This document shows positions 38,692 through 48,753 of a stretch of DNA of 64,000 nt, in pieces; within the stretch, counting starts at the first letter, position 1; each line of letters starts with the position of its first letter. The DNA is from an uncultured bacterium. Its GTDB lineage: Bacteria > Fidelibacterota > Marinisomatia > Marinisomatales > TCS56. Where the stretch lies: positions 16,743-80,742 of the forward strand of contig CAYTPW010000003.1 in NCBI GenBank assembly GCA_964439935.1, in the 5' to 3' direction. The notes beneath the pieces are model-generated. The model ran no database searches. It had not been told where the DNA came from and saw nothing but the letters and a program-made list of their open reading frames with translations. A program made the translations under genes and the position numbers.

Positions 38692-38808
38692 ATGGCAAAG
38701 CTCATAAAAATGAGTGAACTTTAACCTGTAATCTTATGTCCATTTGTTTGAACAACTTATCAGACAACCTCCGGGTGCACGGATCGGAATAAACCAGAAA
38801 ATCATTTT

Positions 38809-41775
38809 ATGAAGCTGTTCAGTAAGAAAATAAATGCTTTAAAGAAGGTAATAATTTTCGCAACGATACTCTTGATTCTGATTGCCGTCAGTTGTGATTT
38901 TCAAAGTCCAGCCAGTTTTGAGATGCCAACCTGGTTCATGGATTTGACCATTCCGTTAATTCAGGAGCGGTATCCGCTTGGGGGAATAGTTGATGATGAA
39001 CAGATTTTTGCAACCCCTGATTCGCTGGGAATGCAGGTTGTATTTGAAGGCACATTGCCCGACACATCTATCGATGAATCATATCTACAGGTTGAATTAA
39101 ATCAAAATATAGATTTTACCCAGGATCCAACCTATGCCCCAGATCTTGATTTTACTTTTGATACACTGATAACAATCGAAATTCCATTCGCACCGAATAA
39201 TCAGTTTGTCGATGTTGCTTTTCAGGCCTTTGATGTTCCACCTGCGATCGACCGTGAGATATTGGCAGATACCTGGAATCAAATTGCATCAGCTTTTGAT
39301 ACCACAATTAGCATTGACATCGATATTCCTCAAGTCGATGATAGTGCGCTGCCTGAGTTTATTTCCTCGATTGATGCGATCGTTATTAGTGCTGATACTG
39401 ATAGCGATTCGAGCCTTTTTCTTACTGATCTGATTAATAATGGTTTACCAACAGCTGTAAAAGATATTGATTTCAGCCTGGTGACTGATCTAAGTACCCC
39501 CGATGATATTCTGGCTACGCATACTCAGAATCGACTCGAGAAGGACAGCACTTTTTCCGAGTATACATTATTGGGGGACAAACGTCTGGGTACAACAATC
39601 CGTATGACTTTCGGGTTCGGTCTGGAAGAGGAAACAGTGCTGGATACGATAATTATAAATGCCGGTGACTCAGTAAAAGTCAACCTGGCTTTTCGGATAC
39701 GAATTGCTGGAGTCGACGAAGCAATTGTTCAGGTCACTGAAACTGATTTATCACCTGAAATTCCAGCAGTAGAATTTCCTTCCGATATTGAAATTTATTC
39801 CGGAGTATTCAAAGATCCGTCGCTGGTTCCTGGCGCCAACGAGATTATTGTATCAAATCTCCAGAGCACCTATCTGTTTGATATTGATTTTAGTATGAAT
39901 TTCCGCAATTTTCTCCCGCCCGCAGGAGAGGACTCGGTTAAAATTGAGACTGTATTGAGTCAGGACAGCTCAGCCTATGCCCAGACCTTTGATCTGGATG
40001 GTTATACTTTTGCTAATCCGATCAGTGCCGACAGTGCCCTGGAATCGATGATAATTGATGTGTCAGCTGTCATTCCCGCCCAGCAGGCTACAATTCCCCT
40101 TGACGGTTCTGAATTCGGACGAATGTCCCTGAGCGTTAATGTACAGGAATTGCATTTCGAATCACTGCAGGCCAACTTGATCCAGGAATTTCCTCCCACT
40201 GAACAGGAAATGACCGGCATGCCCAAGGGCTTTTCGGGAATGGCTTTTACCGATGTTCAAATCGAATTTATCATGTTGAATCAGATTCAACTGCCAGTAA
40301 TGCTGGATCTTGATATGATCGGCATCGACACATTCGGTGATTCAACCTTCGTGCGGGTCAGGGCTCAAATGGGTAGCCCGGATAATGCCATTGATACCAT
40401 TAAAACCGTTATCCGGTTAAGTCGTGATGGCACTACCAGCTTGGTTTATGATTCACCATCTGATTCGGTAGCGTCGGACACCACTATTGTACCTCCGGGT
40501 CCGGGTGAATCTACGATTGTGGATTTATTATCCTCAAACCCGGAAACAATGTTAATCAATTCAAAGGCCCGAATCGATGGCAGGGGAACAATTGTTGTTG
40601 GGGCTTCAATTGGTGGAGGTTACCGATTAGTAGCACCCTTTGAGGTACAGATGGCACCCATGACATTTATTCCGGTCAATGAATCACCCCTGGAAGAATG
40701 GGATTATGAATTGCGGAATAAAATCCGCAGTGGCCTGAAGTCTGCCACCGCTGTGGCCCGGGTAATCAACCATTTTCCGGTGGGAGGTGAAATTTCAATC
40801 CTTCTTTCTGATCAGAGTCATTTTCCCCTTGACCTGAACCGGAAATACCTTGATAGCCTGGCAATTGCGTTGGGAATTGATATTACCAGCGGTGACAGTC
40901 TATATGTGATCACTGAATGTTCCAGTCTTGACCCGGCATTAGGGTCGGATTCAACCGCCGCGATCCATATCTTCAACGTAATGGCTGATTTCGGTGATTG
41001 TGTGGATGGGATCAATTATTTTGTTCGCAGTTCCGCATCCGGTACCGATACAGTCATGACTTATGTGGATACCCTACTGAATATTGTGTTACCCGATCCA
41101 CAGCTGATTAACTATGATTCGAGTGATAAGGGACGGCGGTTGGTGGATGTTGCCGGCGATATTGTCAGCAACAGTGAGATCGATCCGGATAAGATCAGGT
41201 TAATGACCAGCCCGGGTGATCATTATACAACTCCCCGGATTCATCTGAGCGGATCGCCGATTGATCCGATTACCGCTGAAACGCTGTCCGTCTTTCTTTC
41301 GCTAGACGATTATATTGAGATCAAATCATTTCTTAATTTTGAAATCAGCAGTACCGGTGTCATGGAACCAGCACCTGGTGAACTGGTCATGGTATTCCCG
41401 AATGGGGGTGAATCGCTGAATGTGCTGGAGTTGATCACTATCCGCTGGCGTACGTTCGGTAAAGCGAAAAATATTGATCTTGATTATTCGATTGTTACTG
41501 ACCCGGATATTGATGAAGATGATGATTGGACGCCACTGGAATCGAACTGGACCGCCATCGCCAATGTGGATTCCTTCATCTGGGATGCCAGGTCGGTTTT
41601 TCCGAATATTCCAACTGCACAACATGATAGCATTCGCATCAGAATTTCGGATGCAGATTCAGATATCAGTGATATGAGCGGCTGGTATTTTACACTGAAG
41701 GAAGTGTTGCGCAGTTTCAGCCGTGGGCGGAATGGTCTTACCGATAATGGGTCAAAACGGGGAGGGAGCCGATGA
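38809..41775 (+). CDS. large acidic lipoprotein of unknown function (988 aa) with C-terminal Ig-like domain
   Basis: N-terminal KK...IIFATILLILIAVSC lipobox-like signal. D/E/S/T-rich body with no family recognised. The C-terminal segment VFPNGGESLNVLELITIRWRTFG...IDLDYSI...WTPL...FIWDA is the NGGE..I.W Ig-like pattern. ATGA overlap with the next gene. Confidence 0.75.
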   Translation: MKLFSKKINALKKVIIFATILLILIAVSCDFQSPASFEMPTWFMDLTIPLIQERYPLGGIVDDEQIFATPDSLGMQVVFEGTLPDTSIDESYLQVELNQNIDFTQDPTYAPDLDFTFDTLITIEIPFAPNNQFVDVAFQAFDVPPAIDREILADTWNQIASAFDTTISIDIDIPQVDDSALPEFISSIDAIVISADTDSDSSLFLTDLINNGLPTAVKDIDFSLVTDLSTPDDILATHTQNRLEKDSTFSEYTLLGDKRLGTTIRMTFGFGLEEETVLDTIIINAGDSVKVNLAFRIRIAGVDEAIVQVTETDLSPEIPAVEFPSDIEIYSGVFKDPSLVPGANEIIVSNLQSTYLFDIDFSMNFRNFLPPAGEDSVKIETVLSQDSSAYAQTFDLDGYTFANPISADSALESMIIDVSAVIPAQQATIPLDGSEFGRMSLSVNVQELHFESLQANLIQEFPPTEQEMTGMPKGFSGMAFTDVQIEFIMLNQIQLPVMLDLDMIGIDTFGDSTFVRVRAQMGSPDNAIDTIKTVIRLSRDGTTSLVYDSPSDSVASDTTIVPPGPGESTIVDLLSSNPETMLINSKARIDGRGTIVVGASIGGGYRLVAPFEVQMAPMTFIPVNESPLEEWDYELRNKIRSGLKSATAVARVINHFPVGGEISILLSDQSHFPLDLNRKYLDSLAIALGIDITSGDSLYVITECSSLDPALGSDSTAAIHIFNVMADFGDCVDGINYFVRSSASGTDTVMTYVDTLLNIVLPDPQLINYDSSDKGRRLVDVAGDIVSNSEIDPDKIRLMTSPGDHYTTPRIHLSGSPIDPITAETLSVFLSLDDYIEIKSFLNFEISSTGVMEPAPGELVMVFPNGGESLNVLELITIRWRTFGKAKNIDLDYSIVTDPDIDEDDDWTPLESNWTAIANVDSFIWDARSVFPNIPTAQHDSIRIRISDADSDISDMSGWYFTLKEVLRSFSRGRNGLTDNGSKRGGSR

Positions 41776-43247
41776 TGAGCACTAAAATTATCAGGCTGCT
41801 TGCCGTTGGGTGCATTGTCTCCATTTCTCTGTTTGGTCAATCAAAGCGCGATCCCCGGGCAGTCGGGTTGGCCGGATCCTACGGTTCGGTAGCCGATGGT
41901 ATCTTTGCAGTTGGATACAATCCAGCCCTGATTGCGCTGCAGCAGGATAAACCGTTCATGCTCCAACTGTTTGGTATGGATTTCGGCATGGTCAGCAATT
42001 ATATCTCACTGGCGAATCTGAACGAAATCAGCGGTGACACATTAAGCGATGATGATACCGATTTAATTCTCCGTGAACTCGACCGCAGCGGAGGATTGCG
42101 TCTCTTCACAGACATGCATTTACCGATTCCGGTTCTGAATTTTGCCTCGGGCAATATGGCTTTAACCTCTAACATGATCGTGCTGGGCGATATTACTATT
42201 CCCACCGGGATAATGGGTATTTTACTTAAAGGCAACGGTGAATATTTGTCTGAAGAAGTAGACATGACCCTGGAATTGGACCTGCTTGGTGTCAATGAAT
42301 TTGGTTTCACTTTTGCCATTCCCAGTACCGATTTTGCCTGGGGTATGACTCTTAAATACCTCCAGGGAATGTTTTATTTTGGCATCGATCCGGACTCGAG
42401 CTCTGCCTTCATGATTACCGACACAACTGCGCTGTACGGCAGCGGGACCTATTATTTCAGGCAAGGTATAGGTGGCAGCGGTCTGGGACTGGACCTGGGA
42501 TTCACAACCCGCGATTTGGATGGCTGGCGGATCGGTATATCGATGATCAATGCAATCGGACGGATTAACTGGAATCGCCCCAGTTTCATTAAGGATATTA
42601 TGGATGGCAGCGATAACCGCTATGGAAATTCTGATGATCTGTTTCATTTATCCTGGGGCGGAACTGCCTTAAACGACAGCAATGCTGTACGCTATATTTA
42701 TACAATCGATTCCCTTAACGCCCAGTCAATGGCCAGCGATTCTTTGTTCTATTCCAATCCAACTGATGAACAGGTGGTCTACGATTTAACGGCTGATGGG
42801 GAGATTAAACGGTTTAGTACCCGCTATCCGGCGTTGTTTCGCGTTTCTGTATCCAAGCGTTTCCCGGATGTACTGGTGGTATCAGATCTTGTAGCTGGGT
42901 TTGAGGATCGTTTCTTTGCCCGGGATCGCTGGCGTTGGTCAATAGGGGCAGAATTAGTACGCAATCCTGGAATACCGATCAGGTTCGGTTATTCCTGGGC
43001 CGGTTATGATTTCAAAGAGTTGGGGATGGGGTTTGGTATACATAAGGGACCGGTCATTTTTGACTTTGGGCTGGCATTCAGAAATGGTGTCTGGATCCAT
43101 TCCATGAAGGGAGTGAATATATCACTGGGTGTAACCATTACCAGTTTTAAAAGTCGCCGAGAAACACCGCCGGAACCGGGCGTGGATGAGGATTCTATCA
43201 TCCTGCCACCTGATGATACTCCAGATGAGGAGGGGAGTCCGAACTGA
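41772..43247 (+). CDS. outer-membrane beta-barrel protein (FadL/PorV/TraF-like N-terminal motif) with acidic Pro-rich C-terminal tail
   Basis: Signal peptide, then PRAVGLAGSYGSVADGIFAVGYNPALIA (the A.G.GGA....D....YNPA motif of this barrel superfamily). Alternating amphipathic strands follow. The last 35 aa, RRETPPEPGVDEDSIILPPDDTPDEEGSPN, are non-barrel. Confidence 0.65.
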   Translation: MMSTKIIRLLAVGCIVSISLFGQSKRDPRAVGLAGSYGSVADGIFAVGYNPALIALQQDKPFMLQLFGMDFGMVSNYISLANLNEISGDTLSDDDTDLILRELDRSGGLRLFTDMHLPIPVLNFASGNMALTSNMIVLGDITIPTGIMGILLKGNGEYLSEEVDMTLELDLLGVNEFGFTFAIPSTDFAWGMTLKYLQGMFYFGIDPDSSSAFMITDTTALYGSGTYYFRQGIGGSGLGLDLGFTTRDLDGWRIGISMINAIGRINWNRPSFIKDIMDGSDNRYGNSDDLFHLSWGGTALNDSNAVRYIYTIDSLNAQSMASDSLFYSNPTDEQVVYDLTADGEIKRFSTRYPALFRVSVSKRFPDVLVVSDLVAGFEDRFFARDRWRWSIGAELVRNPGIPIRFGYSWAGYDFKELGMGFGIHKGPVIFDFGLAFRNGVWIHSMKGVNISLGVTITSFKSRRETPPEPGVDEDSIILPPDDTPDEEGSPN

Positions 43248-44336
43248 TTACTTTCTAACGCCGAGCAGTAATAAAATCCCACCGATTGAAAAAATGAAAT
43301 TACCGATCCAAGCAGCGTAGATTGGTTCAATTATTCCCTTATAGCCCATTGATTGGCCGAATTTTATAAACGCGTAATATGAAAATATCACCAGGACGCT
43401 CAAACCGGCGCCAAATGACAGTCCACCTTTTGGTTTTAATAATACCAATGGTAGTCCGAACAGGACCACAATAAGATTAGTAAAGGCAAAAGAAATTTTA
43501 AAGTCCCGTACGACCTCCCAACGGGTCGTGTCGACCCCATTCTCATCCAGTTGTGCGATAAACTGTTTAAGATCTGCGTAATTCAATTCTTCCGGTGATG
43601 ATGACTTGCGTTCCACATCTTCTGGGATGAAACCCAGGTATAAAAGAGTATCAAGCTCACTTATACGGACATCTTCTTCCTCACCGGCTGAATTAAAATT
43701 CCTGATAGAGTACCGGTCAGCCGCCCAAAATTCCAGAGAGTCTACCCAGGTAATTTTCTGTATATCGATGCGTTCAGTAATCTGGCCCTGATCCATGATT
43801 TGAACCGTAACACCATCAGCTGTCTTTTTGTTGAAATTATATTTACCGATTGCAATATGGTATTTTTCGGATCGTTGCAGAAATATATTGGTTTTGACAT
43901 TCTTATTCCGTCGTTTGTATTTCTGTATATATTCCTTTTTCAATTCTGCCCGATTGACGTTGCCCCAGATTACCAACTGATCCTCAAATTCAAAAGATAC
44001 CAGACTGATAAAGAAACCCAGGATTATCAGGGGAACCGCTATACGGTAGACGCTTATCCCGGTTGCTTTCATTGCAGTAAGTTCGTTGCGTTTGGCGGTT
44101 AACCCGATCGAAAATACCGTAGCGATCAGCATTGCCATTGGCAGACCGATATTAAAGAACCAGGGCAGGGAATAATAATAATAACGCAAAATGACCGGAA
44201 ATGGGACGGCGCTGTCAATAAATTTGTCTAATTGTTCGAATATGTCGACAATAATAAAAACACAGATAAAACCGGTCAATGCCATCACGAGAATGGTCAA
44301 GAACTGTCGTGCCAGGTAAATATCAAGCTTTTTCAT
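43248..44336 (-). CDS. LptF/LptG-family LPS export permease
   Basis: MKKLDIYLARQFLTILVMALTGFICVFIIVDIFEQLDKFID is the YjgP/YjgQ N-terminus. Six hydrophobic helices flank a periplasmic middle domain. Confidence 0.85.
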   Translation of the reverse strand: MKKLDIYLARQFLTILVMALTGFICVFIIVDIFEQLDKFIDSAVPFPVILRYYYYSLPWFFNIGLPMAMLIATVFSIGLTAKRNELTAMKATGISVYRIAVPLIILGFFISLVSFEFEDQLVIWGNVNRAELKKEYIQKYKRRNKNVKTNIFLQRSEKYHIAIGKYNFNKKTADGVTVQIMDQGQITERIDIQKITWVDSLEFWAADRYSIRNFNSAGEEEDVRISELDTLLYLGFIPEDVERKSSSPEELNYADLKQFIAQLDENGVDTTRWEVVRDFKISFAFTNLIVVLFGLPLVLLKPKGGLSFGAGLSVLVIFSYYAFIKFGQSMGYKGIIEPIYAAWIGNFIFSIGGILLLLGVRK

Positions 44337-44578
44337 CCGAACATGTGCCTGTTTCAGGTTGCTAATTTGAATATATTATTGATATAATTGAAGAGATTTA
44401 AGTAAAGCTATGGCAGCAAAAATAATCTGATATTTCTCAATTAAATAAATACTTGGTAAATAACGACTATAGCAATTAGATTGAACGCCAGATTGTATTG
44501 AAAAATAAATAGTTACAGTCTCAGAGGGAAGGAGAAATTCGTACTATTACTTTCGCAGTCTCCACGTTAATCTGTATA

Positions 44579-44624
44579 GTAATCAAACGGGTTGTTAATA
44601 TTACATTACCGTTTACAAGATTAC
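44579..44624. promoter_or_regulatory. long imperfect inverted repeat in the 567-nt intergenic region
   Basis: GTAATC+AAACGG (44579-44590) pairs with CCGTTT (44609-44614) and GATTAC (44619-44624). That gives 12 bp in two helices, a 4-nt bulge and an 18-nt loop containing the palindrome TAATATTA. Confidence 0.25.
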
Positions 44625-44903
44625 TTTCAATCAGATATTCAAGTTTTCCATTACTTTATTCAGCCGATTGTGATCATAGGAGACTACCAGTATGAATTTC
44701 GGCAAATTGATACCATGCATCACCGTTATCAAGGTTGGGGTGATCAGGCCTTTGTTATTCAAAATCAGGACAATGAGAAAATTACATAATTAACCTTTGC
44801 CCAGAATGCAGTTACTTTTCACAGATTACCTCTTTGGTTGCATACTCCTCTCGATGAGTTATTACCAGAGAAACAATCGGAACTGAATTAGGAGGGAAGA
44901 CCA

Positions 44904-47900
44904 ATGAAATCATTCTTTAGATTTTTTGCCGAGCGTCATATGCTGGCGACTATGATCACATTAATGATACTATTGTTAGGACTGAATACCCTCAGGCACA
45001 TTAAACGGGACAGTTATCCAAATGCCAGCTTTGGTGTAATGATGGTCAGCACCCGTTATCCAGGCGCTTCACCGGAGGATGTTGAACTCAATGTTACTAA
45101 TAAAATTGAGGATGAGCTAAAAAGCGTAAACGGCATCAAAAAAATGACTTCATTTTCCATGGAGAATATGTCATTCATCAATGTCCAGCTTGATATTGAC
45201 GAAGAGGATCAGGATCAAATCAAAAACGAAATCAGGGAAGCTGTTGCCAAGGTATCTGATTTACCGATGGAAGTACCTGAATCTCCGCAGGTAATAGAAA
45301 TAAAAAATACCCTTATACCCATCATTGAGGTTGGGCTAACCGGAGATGTTCCATATAAAGAATTAAGAGAACGTGCCCGAATACTCGATAAAAAACTGAA
45401 GGCTCTGCCGGGTGTTTCTCAAGTTGAGAAATATGGTTACCGCGCCCGCGAGATTCAGGTGGATGTGTCATCGGATGCTGTTGAGCAGTATCAGATACCA
45501 ATGGGGGAAATTATAGCTGCGATCCAAAAGCGAAATGTTCGGGGGACTTCCGGTTCTTTTGAATCCTATACTAGCGAAAAAGATATTGTAACATTAGCCC
45601 AATTCCGTGATCCCATGGAGGTCGGTGAAGTGATTGTACGATCCACGTTCGAAGGTGTGGAAGTGAAAATAACAGATTTAGCTGTTGTCAAGGATGGCTT
45701 CGAAGATGAACGTGTTCTTTCACGTATTGGTGGCGAACCTGCAATCTCACTAATCGCCTATAAAAGCGAGTCAGCTGATGTTATCAGAACTTGCGATGCC
45801 ATCAAAGCATTGGTAACCAATGAAAGTGTTAACCTACCCGAGGATATTAAAATCGTCTATGCCAACGATATGGATCGGTATGTCAAAAACAGGTTCAATG
45901 TTGTCCTTAATAATGGTGCCATCGGGTTTCTCCTATTACTGGTAGTACTGCCTTTCTTTCTTAGTTTGCGTCTCTCTTTCTGGGTGGCGATGGGAATCCC
46001 GGTAGCTTTGTTGGGTACGATTTTCCTGCTACCAACCTTTGGTGTCTATTTAGATAGCCTCACCCTGATGGGAATTCTATTAGTACTTGGAATTATAGTT
46101 GATGATGCAATTATCATCGGTGAGAATATTGCCAGTCACCGGGAGAAAGGCAAATCACCGTTGGATGCCGCGGTCGATGGCATTCATGAGGTATTCCTTC
46201 CGGTTATCACTACCGTTCTGACAACTTTTCTGGTATTTGCACCCATGTTTTTCCTGAAGGGGATGATGGGAAATTTCATTTTTGTAATTCCTTTGGCAAT
46301 CAGTTTAGCATTGTTTATTTCGCTTGCTGAAGGATTGATTGCTCTGCCGGCGCATCTGGCGGGTGGTATGAGCAAGCATGCCGCCGGCAAAGAAGGCAAG
46401 CACTGGTTTCACGTTATCAGTGATTGGTACCGGCAGATAATGAAGCATGTACTCAGATTGCGTTATGTTTTGATTCCGATTTTTGTCATTCTGCTGATCA
46501 CGGCATTCTGGTTCGCCGGCACTCATTTGAAATTCGTGCTGTTCCCATCAGAAATGTCAGACCGCTTTTATGCTTTTGTTACTACGCCAACCGGGACTTC
46601 CCTGCAAAAGACGTCTGAAAAAGTTACCGAGATTGAAAGCCTGATAAATGAAATTTCAGATGAGGAGATGGCTTCATACGTTACACGGATCGGACTTAAA
46701 GTTCTCGAGGGCAGCTTTGTTTCGATGGAAACTGAAAACGCTGCCCAGATGACAGTTGACCTCACGCCCTATACTAAGCGAGACAGAACCGCGCATGAGA
46801 TCGTAGATGAGTTACGTGAAAAGTCCGCTAAGCTCAAAGGTTTCGATGAAATTAATTACCTGGTTGCCGAGGGTGGACCTCCGGTAGGAAGAGATGTTGA
46901 ATTACGCGTGGTCGGTGCTGATGATGAAATGCGCAGTCAATTGGCTGAAGCAGTAACAACTATGATGTCCACAATTGACGGAGTCAGTAGTATCACACGC
47001 GATGATACACCGGGCAAAGACCAGGTGGAAATCAAGATCGATTACAGCAATCTGGCCCGGTTGGGACTGACCGTGGCTGACATTGCTCAGAATGTCCGCA
47101 TCGCCTATGATGGCCAGGTTGTGACCAGTATGCGTTCCGGTGATGAGGATGTGAATCTGCGGGTCATGCTTCAGGAAAGTGCCCGTGAAGGTGCGGAACA
47201 ATTGAGTGAATTAAAGATACCAAATCGTCAGGGCCGTTTAATACCACTGAATGAAGTCGCTTCCCTCAAACCCGGCCCAGGACCGTCGGATTACCGGCAT
47301 ATAGGTGGTGAACGTACAATCACGGTTGAAGCCAATGTTGACAATGCTCTCACCACTCCACTGGCAGTAACTAATACCGTTATCAGTAATTTTAACCTGG
47401 ATAAAGATTGGCCCGGGATGCGATTCATCGTTGGCGGAGAAGCCCAGGAAACTGCAGAATCGATGGCCGGTCTTTTCAGCGCACTGCTGATGGCTATCAT
47501 TGGTATCTATTTCCTGCTGGTACTATTGTTTAATTCTCTGACCCAGCCATTCCTGGTAATGGCAGCAATTCCATTCGGCATCACCGGTGTCATCTTTGCC
47601 TTCGGATTTCATGGCCAGGCATTTGGATTCTTCTCCTTTCTGGGGATCATCGGACTCTCCGGAGTTGTCGTAAATGATTCACTGGTCCTGATCAATCATG
47701 TTAATGACTTGAGACTCGCAAATCCTAAGCGCTCGATAATGGACATCGTAGCCGAAGGAACAGCCAACCGCATGCGCGCCATTGTCATGACTACCGTGAC
47801 AACCGTTGCAGCCCTGCTGCCACTAGCTTACGGGTTGGGTGGTATTGATTCCTGGATGGCTCCGATGGCGCTAGCCCTGGGTTGGGGATTACTTTTTGCT

Positions 47901-47999
47901 ACACCACTAACGCTGGTTCTGGTTCCCTGTATGTTTATTGTCGGACAGGATTTACGAGGAGTCAGACTGAAAATACAAGGGATTTTCAGGAGAAAATAA
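44904..47999 (+). CDS. RND-superfamily efflux permease (AcrB-like), copy 1
   Basis: RBS AGGAGGG. 1031 aa, with 12-TM plus two large periplasmic loops. Typical blocks: RYPGASPEDVE, GIIVDDAIIIGENI, VVNDSLVLINHVN. Confidence 0.92.
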   Translation: MKSFFRFFAERHMLATMITLMILLLGLNTLRHIKRDSYPNASFGVMMVSTRYPGASPEDVELNVTNKIEDELKSVNGIKKMTSFSMENMSFINVQLDIDEEDQDQIKNEIREAVAKVSDLPMEVPESPQVIEIKNTLIPIIEVGLTGDVPYKELRERARILDKKLKALPGVSQVEKYGYRAREIQVDVSSDAVEQYQIPMGEIIAAIQKRNVRGTSGSFESYTSEKDIVTLAQFRDPMEVGEVIVRSTFEGVEVKITDLAVVKDGFEDERVLSRIGGEPAISLIAYKSESADVIRTCDAIKALVTNESVNLPEDIKIVYANDMDRYVKNRFNVVLNNGAIGFLLLLVVLPFFLSLRLSFWVAMGIPVALLGTIFLLPTFGVYLDSLTLMGILLVLGIIVDDAIIIGENIASHREKGKSPLDAAVDGIHEVFLPVITTVLTTFLVFAPMFFLKGMMGNFIFVIPLAISLALFISLAEGLIALPAHLAGGMSKHAAGKEGKHWFHVISDWYRQIMKHVLRLRYVLIPIFVILLITAFWFAGTHLKFVLFPSEMSDRFYAFVTTPTGTSLQKTSEKVTEIESLINEISDEEMASYVTRIGLKVLEGSFVSMETENAAQMTVDLTPYTKRDRTAHEIVDELREKSAKLKGFDEINYLVAEGGPPVGRDVELRVVGADDEMRSQLAEAVTTMMSTIDGVSSITRDDTPGKDQVEIKIDYSNLARLGLTVADIAQNVRIAYDGQVVTSMRSGDEDVNLRVMLQESAREGAEQLSELKIPNRQGRLIPLNEVASLKPGPGPSDYRHIGGERTITVEANVDNALTTPLAVTNTVISNFNLDKDWPGMRFIVGGEAQETAESMAGLFSALLMAIIGIYFLLVLLFNSLTQPFLVMAAIPFGITGVIFAFGFHGQAFGFFSFLGIIGLSGVVVNDSLVLINHVNDLRLANPKRSIMDIVAEGTANRMRAIVMTTVTTVAALLPLAYGLGGIDSWMAPMALALGWGLLFATPLTLVLVPCMFIVGQDLRGVRLKIQGIFRRK

Positions 48000-48033
48000 T
48001 CTGCCTAGAATAAATCGAGATACCGAGAAAAAT

Positions 48034-48753
48034 ATGCCCACTGGTAATCGATGGATAAAATGGATAGTTGAATACCGGTTCGTCTTCATTGTCTGTTTTC
48101 TGGTACTCCAGAATATTGCATATGTGACATACAGTACATTGGATCTGGCCGGAGTAGATCTCTTCGGCAGTGCCATGGGAATACTAGTATTTGCTTTTTG
48201 TATCCTGGCAGTCAGCAAGGACAAAAAATCACTGAGAATCGGTATTATCTGGGGTATTCTAGCAATCATATCCGCTTGGGTACTCATACTGTCTAATTTC
48301 CTGTATTGGCTTTTTATGCCTATTTACCTGTCGTTTTATGTATATACAACCGTAGTAATAATCTATAATGTGGCAAAAAGTAAAGAGATAAATCTAAATA
48401 TTATTTTTGGATCCATTGCCGGTTTTCTCTTGATCAGTTCATTAGGTTCTGCGATATGCACCGTTATCGAGACTTTCTATCCTGGATCGTTTAATATGAC
48501 GGGGGGTATTGAAAATCCAATCAACACGTTTTTTTATTTCACAATTATAACTATGACATCCCTGGGATATGGAGACATCACACCTGCCACGGATATTACC
48601 AGATCGGTTGCTGTCTACCTGGTATTGATAGGACAATTGTATCTGGTTATATTAGTAGCAATCCTGGTTGGTAAATTTATTACTCGCTCAATTGATACTG
48701 ATGATGAGATCGCTAAATTGAAAAGGGAAATACAATTATTGAAGAAAGGTTGA
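48034..48753 (+). CDS. 6-TM potassium channel (pore-loop TSLGYGD), no RCK or charged S4
   Basis: Selectivity filter TMTSLGYGD (TSLGYGD encoded at 48556-48576). Five preceding hydrophobic helices and one following. Short coiled C-terminus. Confidence 0.85.
   Translation: MPTGNRWIKWIVEYRFVFIVCFLVLQNIAYVTYSTLDLAGVDLFGSAMGILVFAFCILAVSKDKKSLRIGIIWGILAIISAWVLILSNFLYWLFMPIYLSFYVYTTVVIIYNVAKSKEINLNIIFGSIAGFLLISSLGSAICTVIETFYPGSFNMTGGIENPINTFFYFTIITMTSLGYGDITPATDITRSVAVYLVLIGQLYLVILVAILVGKFITRSIDTDDEIAKLKREIQLLKKG

Noticed and set aside
44592-44789. 65-codon ORF in the long intergenic gap
   Set aside because: It has a TTG start without an RBS and no recognisable motif. An alternative 33-codon frame overlaps it. 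Evidence is insufficient to call either a gene, so they are mentioned only within the intergenic finding.
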